Positions 53,397 through 62,098 of a stretch of 64,000 nucleotides of DNA are shown here, piece after piece (the stretch's first letter is position 1; every line of letters begins with the position of its first letter). Under the pieces are notes generated by a model. The model made no database searches. It was not told where the DNA came from and worked only from the letters and a program-made list of their open reading frames with translations. A program made the position numbers and the translations under genes. This DNA is from Candidatus Heteroclostridium caecigallinarum (GTDB lineage: Bacteria > Bacillota > Clostridia > Christensenellales > CAG-314): the NCBI GenBank assembly GCA_904419725.1, contig CAJFSP010000001.1, positions 193,814 through 257,813 of the forward strand, read 5' to 3'.

Positions 53397-53799
53397 AATA
53401 ATCCTCCGTTCTTCTATATATAGCATAAACTCTAATGTGGATTTTTTCAACAAACTTTTGTTTACATTATGTCAACTTTGACTTTACAATATCAAAATAT
53501 CATTGTTTTTCTAAAGCATAAGGTCACAAACACAATGTTTTGTGACTCATTGTCAGAGGCGACGGAATTCGTAAGAAGCGGAGCGCGGGATACTCGCTTG
53601 GCGTTTTGTGAGACATTCAGGTAAACGGCGGGGAAACGGCGTTGCTATATCAAATCGATCTGTTTGCCTGTGGCGGCGCCGACAAGTTGGCTGGCTTACG
53701 CGATTGTTGCGCGAAAGCGCGATCGCGTTACGTGAGAATCCTGGCATTTGCGGCAAAAAATAATACGAACTCGTTTTCGGAGTTCGTATTATTACCTAA

Positions 53800-53890
53800 T
53801 GGCGGAAGCGGTGGGATTCGAACCCACGTGCCACGTTCGTGACAAAACGATTTCGAGTCGTTCTCGTTATGACCACTTCGATACGCTTCC
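53800..53890 (-). tRNA. tRNA-Ser (anticodon CGA)
   Basis: Acceptor GGAAGCG/CGCTTCC, anticodon stem AACGA/TCGTT with loop CT-CGA-AA, a long variable arm, a T-arm GGTTCGAATCC and an encoded CCA. The hairpin AATAATACGAACTC/GAGTTCGTATTATT at 53758-53795 follows it. Confidence 0.9.
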
Positions 53891-54000
53891 AGATATTCCG
53901 TTTGATTTCAGCCGTTAAATTATACAAATTAAACGCGATGTTGTCAATGAAAAACCCGCGGCAAAAGAAAAAGTCGGCGTTTAAGCCGACTTGTTTTTTG

Positions 54001-54858
54001 CTATCTCGCGCCGCCGTCGTTGATGTAGAGTATGCCCAGCGTGCCTGGTCCGCAATGCGACGTAATTGTCGAGCCGGCAACGGTTTCGATGATATTTTCG
54101 AACTTTGTGTTTTCTCTGAGATACTTTTTGACGTCGTCCACAATGCCGTCTTCCATTTTGGTGTGCGTCACGAAAACCCTTTTGGTGTCGGGGTTGTCGA
54201 AGTCTTCCAGGATATCTTCCAGATACTTTCTGATTGCCCTTCTGCCGGTTTTTGAAAGATATTTTTTATACACCACGATTTCGCCGTCTTCCAGCACAAG
54301 CGACGGTTTGATTTTGAATGTGCTGGCGGCAAACGCCGCCACGCCGCTGCAACGGCCGCCCTTGTAAAGATAATCTATGGTGTTCACCACAAAAGAAGCC
54401 TGGGTTTTTTCCGCCCTGCGCAAAGCCGACTGATAAATTTCCTCGGCGGTTTTGCCCTCTTTCACCATATCTACGGCGCTGAGCACTTGCAGCCCCACGC
54501 CGGTAGACAGGCTTTTGCTGTCCACAACGTAAACGCCGTCAAGTTCTTTCGCCGCCATGCAGGCGCTTTTATGTATAAGCGAAAGTTTGTCGGATATGCT
54601 GAAATGAATTACCTTATACCCCTGGTCGGTATATTGCTTGAAAAATTCTTTGCAGTCCTCCGCGTTTCTGGCGGCGGTTTTAGGCAGTTTGCCTGTTTTA
54701 TCGACAAAGGCGTAGATATCGTCGGGAGTTATGTTTTCACCGTCGATATACTCTTTTTCGCCTAGATTAACCGTAAGCGGAAGCACGCCGACGTCGTTTT
54801 GCGCGAACAACCCGTTCAGGTCGGCGGAACTGTCGCTGGTTATTTTGATTTTTTCCAT
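54001..54858 (-). CDS. DegV family fatty-acid-binding protein
   Basis: The start is set at the ATG at 54858, behind the RBS GGTGG. The DegV N-terminus is IKITSDSSADL. Confidence 0.85.
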   Translation of the reverse strand: MEKIKITSDSSADLNGLFAQNDVGVLPLTVNLGEKEYIDGENITPDDIYAFVDKTGKLPKTAARNAEDCKEFFKQYTDQGYKVIHFSISDKLSLIHKSACMAAKELDGVYVVDSKSLSTGVGLQVLSAVDMVKEGKTAEEIYQSALRRAEKTQASFVVNTIDYLYKGGRCSGVAAFAASTFKIKPSLVLEDGEIVVYKKYLSKTGRRAIRKYLEDILEDFDNPDTKRVFVTHTKMEDGIVDDVKKYLRENTKFENIIETVAGSTITSHCGPGTLGILYINDGGAR

Positions 54859-54959
54859 AATACCACCTCTCGTAAATACTCTATCGAAAATATCGATTAC
54901 ACATACACACAACAAAAAGGTTGTTATATATTATAGTAGCGTTTGATTGATTTGTCAAA

Positions 54960-56327
54960 CTAAACAGCATCGGCGTCTTTCGCTGCCGGAGCATTCTTCT
55001 TTTTGCGTTTTCTGCCGTAATAAACGGCGCCGCACAGCATAACGACAAGGCAAAAAGCGATATAAAGCGAATAGATAACGGGGTTTATCGCGATGCCGCC
55101 GACAAGAATCACCGCCGAGCCGCAAATCGCCAGTATTGGAAACACATACCCTTTGACGAACGATTTTATTTCCCCTTTGCGCCTGAGCAAAATCACTTTG
55201 ACATACAAAACGACATACAGCGCGTAACTCGTGATTATGGCTATTTCCGACACGTCCGACCCGGGAAGCAGCGCGAACTCCGACGCCAGATAATGCACGG
55301 CGAACCACACAAGGCATATGATGTAAGAACATATGCCTGAATTGACAGGCATGCCGAGTTTTTTGTTCTGCCGTTCGAAAAGGTCTGACCTGAAAAACAT
55401 GTCTTTTGTCGCCATCGAATACGGCATACGTATACACCCCAGCACGCAGCCGTTCACCGTGCCAAAAATCGCCACGATGATGAGAATGACTATAAGTTTG
55501 CCGCCCAGAGAGCCGAAAATGCGTTCGGCTGCGAGCATCGCGGCGAAAGAACCGTCCATGCTCAAAATGACATCGACGCCCAGCATGTTTGTCAGCCCGA
55601 GAAAATACAGCAGGTATATCCCCAGCACAAGCAGCGGCGCTATGCTGAGCGCAAGCGGCATATTCTTTTTTGAGTTTTTGACTTCGTGCGCTATGGTCGT
55701 GGTGATGACCCAGCCGTCGTAACTGAACGCCATTGGCGCGAGCGCCGTCAGCCAGCCGGCGGAACGCACGGCGGGCTGCGCCAGTTCAGGCGTGAACACC
55801 TGCGGGTCGCCCCAGAAAATACCGGCGAGCGAAAGCAGAAGCAGCGGCAGAAATTTTATGACGGTGGAAATGTTCTGCACCCATCCGCCGGCTTTCGCGG
55901 ACAGTATGTTGCAGGCGAAAAGCAGCGTCACCAACGCCACGCCGACCAGAATTTCCTGCCCGACGGTAAAATCCGCGCCGAACAGTACCCCGATAAATCT
56001 GCTCCCCACAGTGGCGACGACGATGACTATCGTCGGCATATACACAAACGTCTGGAACCAGCCGAAACCCGCGGCGGTTTTTCCGCCGACGAATTCCTCG
56101 AAATAAGTCACAATGCCGCCGGGCTTGTCGGTGCGCAGAGCCAGTTCGCTCATGCTGAGACTGCCGAAAACAATTGACACGGCGCCTATAATAAAAACAA
56201 GCACGGCAAGCGTTATGTTGCCCTCCGTCTTTTGCAAAATATCCGTGCTTTTGAAAAATATGCCCGAGCCCACCACAATGCCTACAATCATGGTGACGGC
56301 CGTCATCAATCCGTATCTTTTGTTCAT
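54960..56327 (-). CDS. APC-family amino acid permease
   Basis: The start is set at the ATG at 56327 (MNKRYGLMTAVTMIVGIVVGSGIFFK), overlapping the ybaK stop as ATGA. It has 12 predicted TM helices. Confidence 0.85.
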   Translation of the reverse strand: MNKRYGLMTAVTMIVGIVVGSGIFFKSTDILQKTEGNITLAVLVFIIGAVSIVFGSLSMSELALRTDKPGGIVTYFEEFVGGKTAAGFGWFQTFVYMPTIVIVVATVGSRFIGVLFGADFTVGQEILVGVALVTLLFACNILSAKAGGWVQNISTVIKFLPLLLLSLAGIFWGDPQVFTPELAQPAVRSAGWLTALAPMAFSYDGWVITTTIAHEVKNSKKNMPLALSIAPLLVLGIYLLYFLGLTNMLGVDVILSMDGSFAAMLAAERIFGSLGGKLIVILIIVAIFGTVNGCVLGCIRMPYSMATKDMFFRSDLFERQNKKLGMPVNSGICSYIICLVWFAVHYLASEFALLPGSDVSEIAIITSYALYVVLYVKVILLRRKGEIKSFVKGYVFPILAICGSAVILVGGIAINPVIYSLYIAFCLVVMLCGAVYYGRKRKKKNAPAAKDADAV

Positions 56328-56794
56328 AAACTTTCCGTAATGTCGGCGAAGTCCGCCCCGATAAACTCCGCCAGAACGCGCGGAGACATTTCCACCTGAT
56401 ACCCTACTTTGCCGGCGCTGAAACATATCGCGTCAGACAGCAGCGCCGTTTCGTCAATAACGGTGGCGAATTTCTTTTTCATGGCAATGGGCGAACACCC
56501 GCCGTGTATATAACCCGTGGTCGGCAGCAGTTCCTTTTGTTTCAGCATCGAAACAGATTTCACGCCCACCGCTCTCGCCGCTTTTTTGAGGTCAAGGGTT
56601 TTTTCCACCGGTATGACAAAGACGAAATGCCTGTTGTCGCCCGACACCGTAACAAGAGTTTTGAAGACAGTTTCGGGGCTTTTACCCAGCGTTTCGGCGA
56701 CAGACATGCCGTCGGTCAGCGTTTTGTCGTATTCATATGCCGAATAAGCGATGCCGCTTTTGTCCAGAATGCGCATCACGTTTGTCTTTTCCAT
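56324..56794 (-). CDS. ybaK: Cys-tRNA(Pro)/Cys-tRNA(Cys) deacylase YbaK family
   Basis: 156-aa ORF with the N-terminus TNVMRILDKSGIAY and the GGCSP motif. Confidence 0.85.
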   Translation of the reverse strand: MEKTNVMRILDKSGIAYSAYEYDKTLTDGMSVAETLGKSPETVFKTLVTVSGDNRHFVFVIPVEKTLDLKKAARAVGVKSVSMLKQKELLPTTGYIHGGCSPIAMKKKFATVIDETALLSDAICFSAGKVGYQVEMSPRVLAEFIGADFADITESL

Positions 56795-56931
56795 AGGCGT
56801 TAATGATAAAGCAATAACGGAAAAAAGTCAAATCATGGTGTTTTTTTGCGACAAAATCGCCAACAAAACGTCTTTTTTGTATGTATATATTTTGATATGT
56901 GATATAATGTTTCGGTTGGCAAAGGTGTGTG

Positions 56932-57453
56932 ATGGAAAGAAAAATAAACAAATACATAATGCGTATAAAAGACGGCGACATGTCGGCTTTTGACCAATTA
57001 TATACCGAAACCTCAAAAGGCGTATACTTTATGGCTCTTTCCGTCCTGAAAGACCGCGGACTGGCCGAGGAAATAATGCAGGAAACGTATATCCGCATGC
57101 TTAAAAACCTCGACTCTTTCGACGACGGCAAAAACGCCATGAACTGGCTGCTCACGATGGCGAAAAATCTCGCGATAAATCTTTACAACAGAAACAAACG
57201 AGAAATAATAACCGACCCGTCGCTGGTCGCGCCGGACGCGCAATACACCATGCGGGACAACGGACTTATAGACATGGCGCTGAAAAACCTGTCGCAGACG
57301 GAGTTCAACGTGCTGACGCTGTGCGAACTGAAAGGTTACAAGCGGCGGGAAGTCGCCCAGATGCTGGATATGCCGATAGGCACAGTAACATGGCATTATA
57401 ACCGGGCGCTGAAAAAATTGAGAGAAATTTTGTCAAAGGAGGAAAATTCATGA
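56932..57453 (+). CDS. ECF-type sigma-70 family RNA polymerase sigma factor
   Basis: It has region 2 (AEEIMQETYIRML, NWLLTMAKNLAINLYNR) and a region 4 HTH (YKRREVAQMLDMPIGTVTWHYNRALKKLR). An extended -10 (TGATATAAT) lies at 56900-56908. Confidence 0.85.
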   Translation: MERKINKYIMRIKDGDMSAFDQLYTETSKGVYFMALSVLKDRGLAEEIMQETYIRMLKNLDSFDDGKNAMNWLLTMAKNLAINLYNRNKREIITDPSLVAPDAQYTMRDNGLIDMALKNLSQTEFNVLTLCELKGYKRREVAQMLDMPIGTVTWHYNRALKKLREILSKEENS

Positions 57454-58550
57454 AAAGCGTAAAAAGAAAATTGCGCGATGAAATAAACAAAACTTCATTT
57501 GACGAAAGAATACTGGCTGAAATCAAAAACCGCGCGGGCGTGCCCGCCGTCACGGCGCGGGAGCGCTCCGTTCCGCCGAAGCGCGGAAAATGGCGCCTCG
57601 CGACACTGGCCGCTTCGCTTTGCTGCGTATTCGCCCTCACGCTGCTGCTGTTCGCCCCGTCGGGCGACACGGGCGGCGACAACGTGACGTATCTCACAAT
57701 CAACCTGACGCCTAACAACGCCTACGCGGCAAACGAAAGCACCGCTGTGGAATTCACCCTGGACGAAAACAACAACGTGAGTTCGCAGCGCGCGCTCAGC
57801 GAATCGGGCGCGGTCGTGCTGATGGGCAACGACTATCAAAAAGTGCCTGTCGCCGACGCTTGCAAGGAAATCATTCTTCTTTCGGGTCGGCTGAACCTGC
57901 TGGGACGCTCGCCCGTCGATATAATGATTTTCGATGACGACCCCGCCAAAGAGAGCAGCCTGTGCGAAGAGTTGGAAGAACATTTCGGCGCCCTTGCCGG
58001 CTACTGCTCGCTGAGCATAAACGATTTTGACTCGCAAACATCGCTGAACGCCCAGCAATACGGCGTAAACAAATCGAAAATGTATCTCATGGAAACGGCG
58101 AGCGCCGTTTCGGACACGCCTTTCAACGAAACGATTAACCTGTCCACCCCGCGGCTTATAGAACTGGCTTACGGCTATGACGAAAACGCCATGGACAGTT
58201 TCGAAAACAGGCTGTCTGACCGCTTCAAAACAGGAGAAGATAATTTCGACGATAACATGTATCAGCTTTCGGAAATACGCGACAAAATTTACGATTTGCA
58301 AGGCAACCCGCAGAACTGCGATAAAATCAAAAACGAAATCAACGCCTTTATCCGTGAAGAAGACGGCACCTTTTTCGGCGACAACGTAATAGGCGGCATT
58401 GACGGCATGGACGACCTTGACACGGCATTAAACAGCGGACGCGGTGATTTTATTTCGGAAATAGAAAAGGCGCTGGCGGACAAAGAATACTGGCTGGAAA
58501 TGCTGTTTTACAACATTAAACTTTCGGTAATCGACTATATTTTCGGCTGA
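57450..58550 (+). CDS. putative anti-sigma factor / single-pass membrane protein
   Basis: 366-aa ORF. Its start overlaps the sigma stop as ATGA. It has a short cytoplasmic N-terminus, one TM (LATLAASLCCVFALTLLLF) and a large extracytoplasmic domain. The role is inferred from position. Confidence 0.6.
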   Translation: MKSVKRKLRDEINKTSFDERILAEIKNRAGVPAVTARERSVPPKRGKWRLATLAASLCCVFALTLLLFAPSGDTGGDNVTYLTINLTPNNAYAANESTAVEFTLDENNNVSSQRALSESGAVVLMGNDYQKVPVADACKEIILLSGRLNLLGRSPVDIMIFDDDPAKESSLCEELEEHFGALAGYCSLSINDFDSQTSLNAQQYGVNKSKMYLMETASAVSDTPFNETINLSTPRLIELAYGYDENAMDSFENRLSDRFKTGEDNFDDNMYQLSEIRDKIYDLQGNPQNCDKIKNEINAFIREEDGTFFGDNVIGGIDGMDDLDTALNSGRGDFISEIEKALADKEYWLEMLFYNIKLSVIDYIFG

Positions 58551-58557
58551 AAAAGCA

Positions 58558-58586
58558 AACCGCTCCATGAGGAGCGGTTTTTTTAC
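58558..58586. terminator. bidirectional intrinsic terminator
   Basis: AAACCGCTCC ATGA GGAGCGGTTT followed by T-run, between convergent genes. Confidence 0.8.
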
Positions 58587-58590
58587 GCCA

Positions 58591-58935
58591 TTATCTCACG
58601 GGGACGTAATCCATTTCCGATTCTTCGTCCGTCGCTTCGAGTTTGAATATAACCGGCCGCAGTCCGTCGTTGCAACTGCAAATTGCGACGCCGGGTTTTC
58701 TTATCCAGTCGCCGTAATAAAACAATCCGCCCGCGGCGCCGTGAGCCAGAGCGAAGGCGTATTGATAAACCGCTTTCCACGCCTCGTCGCAGAAACCGTC
58801 GGGCTTTGCGTAATCGGCGTAAAAGACCTGCCCCTCTTTCATCATCAGACAGGCGGTGAGCCCTTCCGCCCCGTATTCAGCGGCGAGTTCTTTGTCGAGA
58901 GTTGTTTTGAGCACAGTGATTTTCACCTTTTTCAT
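58591..58935 (-). CDS. TIGR04076 family protein
   Basis: 114-aa ORF. KITVLKT...CLMMKEGQVF...PDGFCDEAW...CSCNDGLRPVIFKLE matches my memory of the TIGR04076 family. Function unknown. Confidence 0.7.
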   Translation of the reverse strand: MKKVKITVLKTTLDKELAAEYGAEGLTACLMMKEGQVFYADYAKPDGFCDEAWKAVYQYAFALAHGAAGGLFYYGDWIRKPGVAICSCNDGLRPVIFKLEATDEESEMDYVPVR

Positions 58936-59308
58936 TATGTCCCCTCCTTTGATTTATTTTATCAGGCGGAAAAAATTAAAACAATAAAATTAAAAATAAA
59001 AAAATTATTTTTCTTCCAACAAAAAAGTCTTTGCCGCTGTATATTAAGTGAAGACAACAAAGGAAGCAAACGCACAGAGTTACAAGAGTTTACCGTTTGA
59101 CGAATTTATTGCGCTTCACGGCGAAGCAGGCCACGCGGAGACTGCCGCCGTCATACCCCGTAAACTCCGCAGATAATATGTCGGCGACAAGCGCCCGGCA
59201 GGTGGGACAAAAATTCCCTTTCCTCCCCCGCGACCGCGTATGCCGGGCCGCATGACCGACAAATAGTCGCTATTTTCTTCACAACACATATCTTTACACA
59301 CACCGCAG

Positions 59309-59338
59309 AACGGAGAACCGAAAGGTTCTCCGTTTTGT
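59309..59338 (+). terminator. plus-strand intrinsic terminator inside a long intergenic region
   Basis: 11-bp stem AACGGAGAACC / GGTTCTCCGTT with a GAAA tetraloop, followed by TTGTGT. On the minus strand it is followed by CTGCGG, so it has no U-run there. Confidence 0.55.
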
Positions 59339-59406
59339 GTAATTCTGACCGTTTTTCCAATAAAACGCGTTCCGCGTTTGTATATATGTTAAAGGAGGGC
59401 AAAACG

Positions 59407-60240
59407 ATGAAAAAGAACGGAGGAAAAATTCTTTCATTATCACTGGCCGCGGGTCTGGTTTTATGCGGCGGCGCTCTCGCTGGCTGCTCGTCCGACGGCG
59501 GTTACACCCTTGACACGCCGGGCGACGTATATTCTTTCGCCGCGGCGACGTCGGCCGCCATGCTTTCGGGCGGGGCGGCGCAAAGCGCTGACGGCGGACA
59601 AATCGCCGTCGGGCTGAACAAATATATAATCGTGCCGGAATGTGTCGTCGGCAGACAAATGCCGACAGTAGCCGAAGCGGACGCGGATTCGGAATTTTCT
59701 TCCGTAATGACGATGTCGTATAAAACGTTGGGCGGCGAAACCGTCGAGTGCGAACTGCTTTACAGCGAAACCTCCGACGGCGGCTCGTCGGCGCTGCGCG
59801 GCGAAATAACGGCGAACGGCAGCGTTTATACCGTCACGGGCGAAACCGCCCTGATTGACGGCGGCGGCACGGCGGTATCCGTCGTCACGGCAAACGGCGA
59901 CGACAAAATAGAGTTCAGCTGTCTAACGACCGACGGCGGACAGCAGATTTCTTACGGAATTTACGACGACGGCGCGCTTGCCGACGAAATGTCGATGACT
60001 CTTTCCATTTCCGACGGAAAAACAATTCTGGACATGGAAACGGAAATTATGGGCGCCGAAGCGCGCTTTTCAATGACCTGCGACAAAAACGCCGGTTCGT
60101 TTGACATCGCCTGCGAAATCGGCGGGTTGAGCGGCTCAGTCAACGTTTCGGTCTCCGACGGCGCTTATACATACACCGTAAACGGCGCGTCGTCCGATTT
60201 CGACCGGTGCTTTGGCTTCAATCTTAATTCGGCGGCGTAA
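59407..60240 (+). CDS. putative lipoprotein
   Basis: The start is set at the ATG at 59407, behind the RBS AAAGGAGGG. The signal is MKKNGGKILSLSLAAGLVLCGGALAGC with the lipobox LAGC. Confidence 0.75.
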   Translation: MKKNGGKILSLSLAAGLVLCGGALAGCSSDGGYTLDTPGDVYSFAAATSAAMLSGGAAQSADGGQIAVGLNKYIIVPECVVGRQMPTVAEADADSEFSSVMTMSYKTLGGETVECELLYSETSDGGSSALRGEITANGSVYTVTGETALIDGGGTAVSVVTANGDDKIEFSCLTTDGGQQISYGIYDDGALADEMSMTLSISDGKTILDMETEIMGAEARFSMTCDKNAGSFDIACEIGGLSGSVNVSVSDGAYTYTVNGASSDFDRCFGFNLNSAA

Positions 60241-60358
60241 ACAAAACAGCAAACTTCACAAGTTCCTCATACAAACAAACCTTATGACAAAGCGGAGAGC
60301 GACGCTCTCCGCTTTGTCAATCAAAAAAAAGCCCTCTTAAAGAGGGCTTTCAAAAAAC

Positions 60359-61216
60359 TTATTCTTCCTGAGCCGCCTGCATGACCGCCACATAATCGAC
60401 AGGCTGATACTTGTCGTTTTTGACCAGTTCCGCCTTGTTCATGACTTCCGCAATCAGTTCCACCGCGTATTTTTTGCTGCGGTCTGATTTGACTTTGAGA
60501 GCCAGCGGCACGAACTCGTATTTTTTCTTTTCACCGAGGTCTTTCTGGTGATATTTCGTCTCGGCGTAATCTTTCGGGTCGAGCGCCAGGTGCAGTTTCA
60601 CCGTTTTGCCCGCGATACTGATTTTAGCGAGATATGTGCTCTTGAACTTGAATATGTCTATCGTCTTGGTGAGCCTGTTGTTGACCTTCTTGTAGCTCAT
60701 CAATTCATTTTTAAGCATATTGTAGATAGCCTTGTTGTCATCGTCCGCTTCGAGAATCTTTTCGGCGAAAGTACGTCTTTTGCCTATCGGTATATTCAGG
60801 GCAGGACGTTCTTCCGTCACGGCCGCGGCCGATTCTTCCGCCGGAGCAACCGTTTCTTCGGCTTGCGCTTCTTCCGCTTCAACGGCGGCAGGTTGTTCCT
60901 CCTCTTCAGCGGCTGGCTGTTCTTCCTCAACCGCTTGTTCCGAGGCTTCTTCCACGGCCGTCTGCGCGGAAACCTCTTCTTCCGCCTCTGCCGCGCCGTC
61001 GGTCACTTCGACCCCGATTGACGCCGACGTATCGGCCGATTGCGCCACCGCCTGCGCGTCGCTGTCAGCCTGAACCTGCGGATTTTCCTGTTCGGCGACG
61101 TCTTCGCCGTCGTCTATGTTCTTTTTAAGGCACAAAAACACAACCATAAAAACAATGGCAACAACCAGCATCGCGAGACCGACGATGGTGTTGGTGGTAA
61201 ATTGCAGACCTGCCAT
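60359..61216 (-). CDS. membrane-anchored protein: N-terminal TM, acidic E/A/Q-rich linker and a C-terminal domain paralogous to the cytoplasmic domain of the 43195-44694 gene
   Basis: The start is set at the ATG at 61216, behind the RBS GGGAGGAG. The C-terminal segment is YLAKISIAGKTVKLHLALDPKDYAETKYHQKDLGEKKKYEFVPLALKVKSDRSKKYAVELIAEVM. It aligns with LLAKLCIVGGYLRLFLALSPGEYSEQKYHHKDYSDVRRYAKTPMMIKLSSDRQVKNAVSLIDDVM. Confidence 0.75.
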   Translation of the reverse strand: MAGLQFTTNTIVGLAMLVVAIVFMVVFLCLKKNIDDGEDVAEQENPQVQADSDAQAVAQSADTSASIGVEVTDGAAEAEEEVSAQTAVEEASEQAVEEEQPAAEEEEQPAAVEAEEAQAEETVAPAEESAAAVTEERPALNIPIGKRRTFAEKILEADDDNKAIYNMLKNELMSYKKVNNRLTKTIDIFKFKSTYLAKISIAGKTVKLHLALDPKDYAETKYHQKDLGEKKKYEFVPLALKVKSDRSKKYAVELIAEVMNKAELVKNDKYQPVDYVAVMQAAQEE

Positions 61217-61339
61217 GATACTCCTCCCATGCATAGATATGCATAATTTTTTTATATTATAGCACAGGCAAAATGTCAATACAATAATTTTGAAAAAGTT
61301 TTTTAACAAAAAAACACGCTTTTCGCGTGTTTTTGACAT

Positions 61340-61981
61340 TTATTTTGTCTTGTTGAAGCGTTCGCCGCCATATTCCGTATTGTATCCCCTGTTGACCTCC
61401 GGACGCAAAGCGTTGGGAAAAAACGTGTCCGCCTTGATATCGCGCACGATTGCCTGCAATTCGTTGGCGATGTAGTACGGGTCGGTTATGTCGTACAGCA
61501 CGGCACGCTGTGTTTCGGCGGTTATGTATATGTCGCCAACTTTAAGCATCCTGTCTGTCAGCCCCACCCTGACGGTAACGTTTGTGATTTCGGCGAAATA
61601 CATAAACTTCAAGTCGATAATAACGCCCCTGCGTATAATAACGCGCTTGTCGGTGACAACATACCGTATGTTGCCGACTTCCGCCGCCGAATGAACTATA
61701 TTGAAAATCCATATCCACACAGGCGCCAGATGCACGGCGAAAAACAGCCACAAAAACCAAGGCACGCCTTCAAGCTGCGTCGCCATAAACACTATTATGG
61801 TGACGTCTATCGCCAGCCACAGAATGACGAAAGGCAGCATTTTCATCACGGCTGAAATGATATAAGCCGATTTTTTCGGTTTGCCGCGCCACAGCACCTT
61901 TTCGTCGCTTGTCAATATGTCGTCGATATCATTGCTGAGCATCGGGTCTTTTTGCTGAAAATACTTTTCTTTTTCCTTCAT
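61340..61981 (-). CDS. bacterial PH-domain (DUF304/YdbT-like) membrane protein
   Basis: The start is set at the ATG at 61981, behind the RBS AGGTGG. EKVLWRGKPKK is followed by two TM helices and a C-terminal bPH-like segment (YVVTDKRVIIRRG). Confidence 0.7.
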   Translation of the reverse strand: MKEKEKYFQQKDPMLSNDIDDILTSDEKVLWRGKPKKSAYIISAVMKMLPFVILWLAIDVTIIVFMATQLEGVPWFLWLFFAVHLAPVWIWIFNIVHSAAEVGNIRYVVTDKRVIIRRGVIIDLKFMYFAEITNVTVRVGLTDRMLKVGDIYITAETQRAVLYDITDPYYIANELQAIVRDIKADTFFPNALRPEVNRGYNTEYGGERFNKTK

Positions 61982-62058
61982 AACCCACCTTTCCCGCAGT
62001 ATATCACACAAACGTGCCGTTTTCAATATTTACGCGAAAATCTCCCTCGCCGCAAAAA

Positions 62059-62086
62059 AGAAGAGCGGAAAATTCCGCTCTTCTTA
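62059..62086 (-). terminator. intrinsic terminator
   Basis: AAGAAGAGCGGAA / TTCCGCTCTTCTT stem, followed on the minus strand by T6. Confidence 0.8.
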
Positions 62087-62098
62087 ATAAAAAGCAAG

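Noticed and set aside
53454-53799. 67-aa minus-strand ORF (53553-53756) and possible ncRNA between the low-GC gene and tRNA-Ser
   Set aside because: The ORF is Arg-rich with no RBS. I could not recognise SRP, 6S, tmRNA or RNase P signatures. It is left unassigned rather than called.
52200-53810. att-site direct repeat of the tRNA-Ser 3-prime end at the far side of the low-GC islet
   Set aside because: Only a 7-nt coincidence is shared (TGGCGGC near 52208 versus TGGCGGA at the tRNA end). That is too short to support an integration junction, and no integrase is present.
59116-59402. 61-aa and 83-aa minus-strand ORFs in the long intergenic region
   Set aside because: They overlap each other in different frames, lack an RBS and have unusual composition. 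The region is better explained as non-coding structured DNA or RNA.
60800-61080. Apparent tandem repeat in the acidic linker of the 60359-61216 gene
   Set aside because: At the DNA level there are only two imperfect ~27-nt copies (GAAGAGGAGGAACAACCTGCCGCC-like) inside a biased E/A/Q-coding stretch. This is low-complexity coding sequence, not a CRISPR or VNTR-type array.
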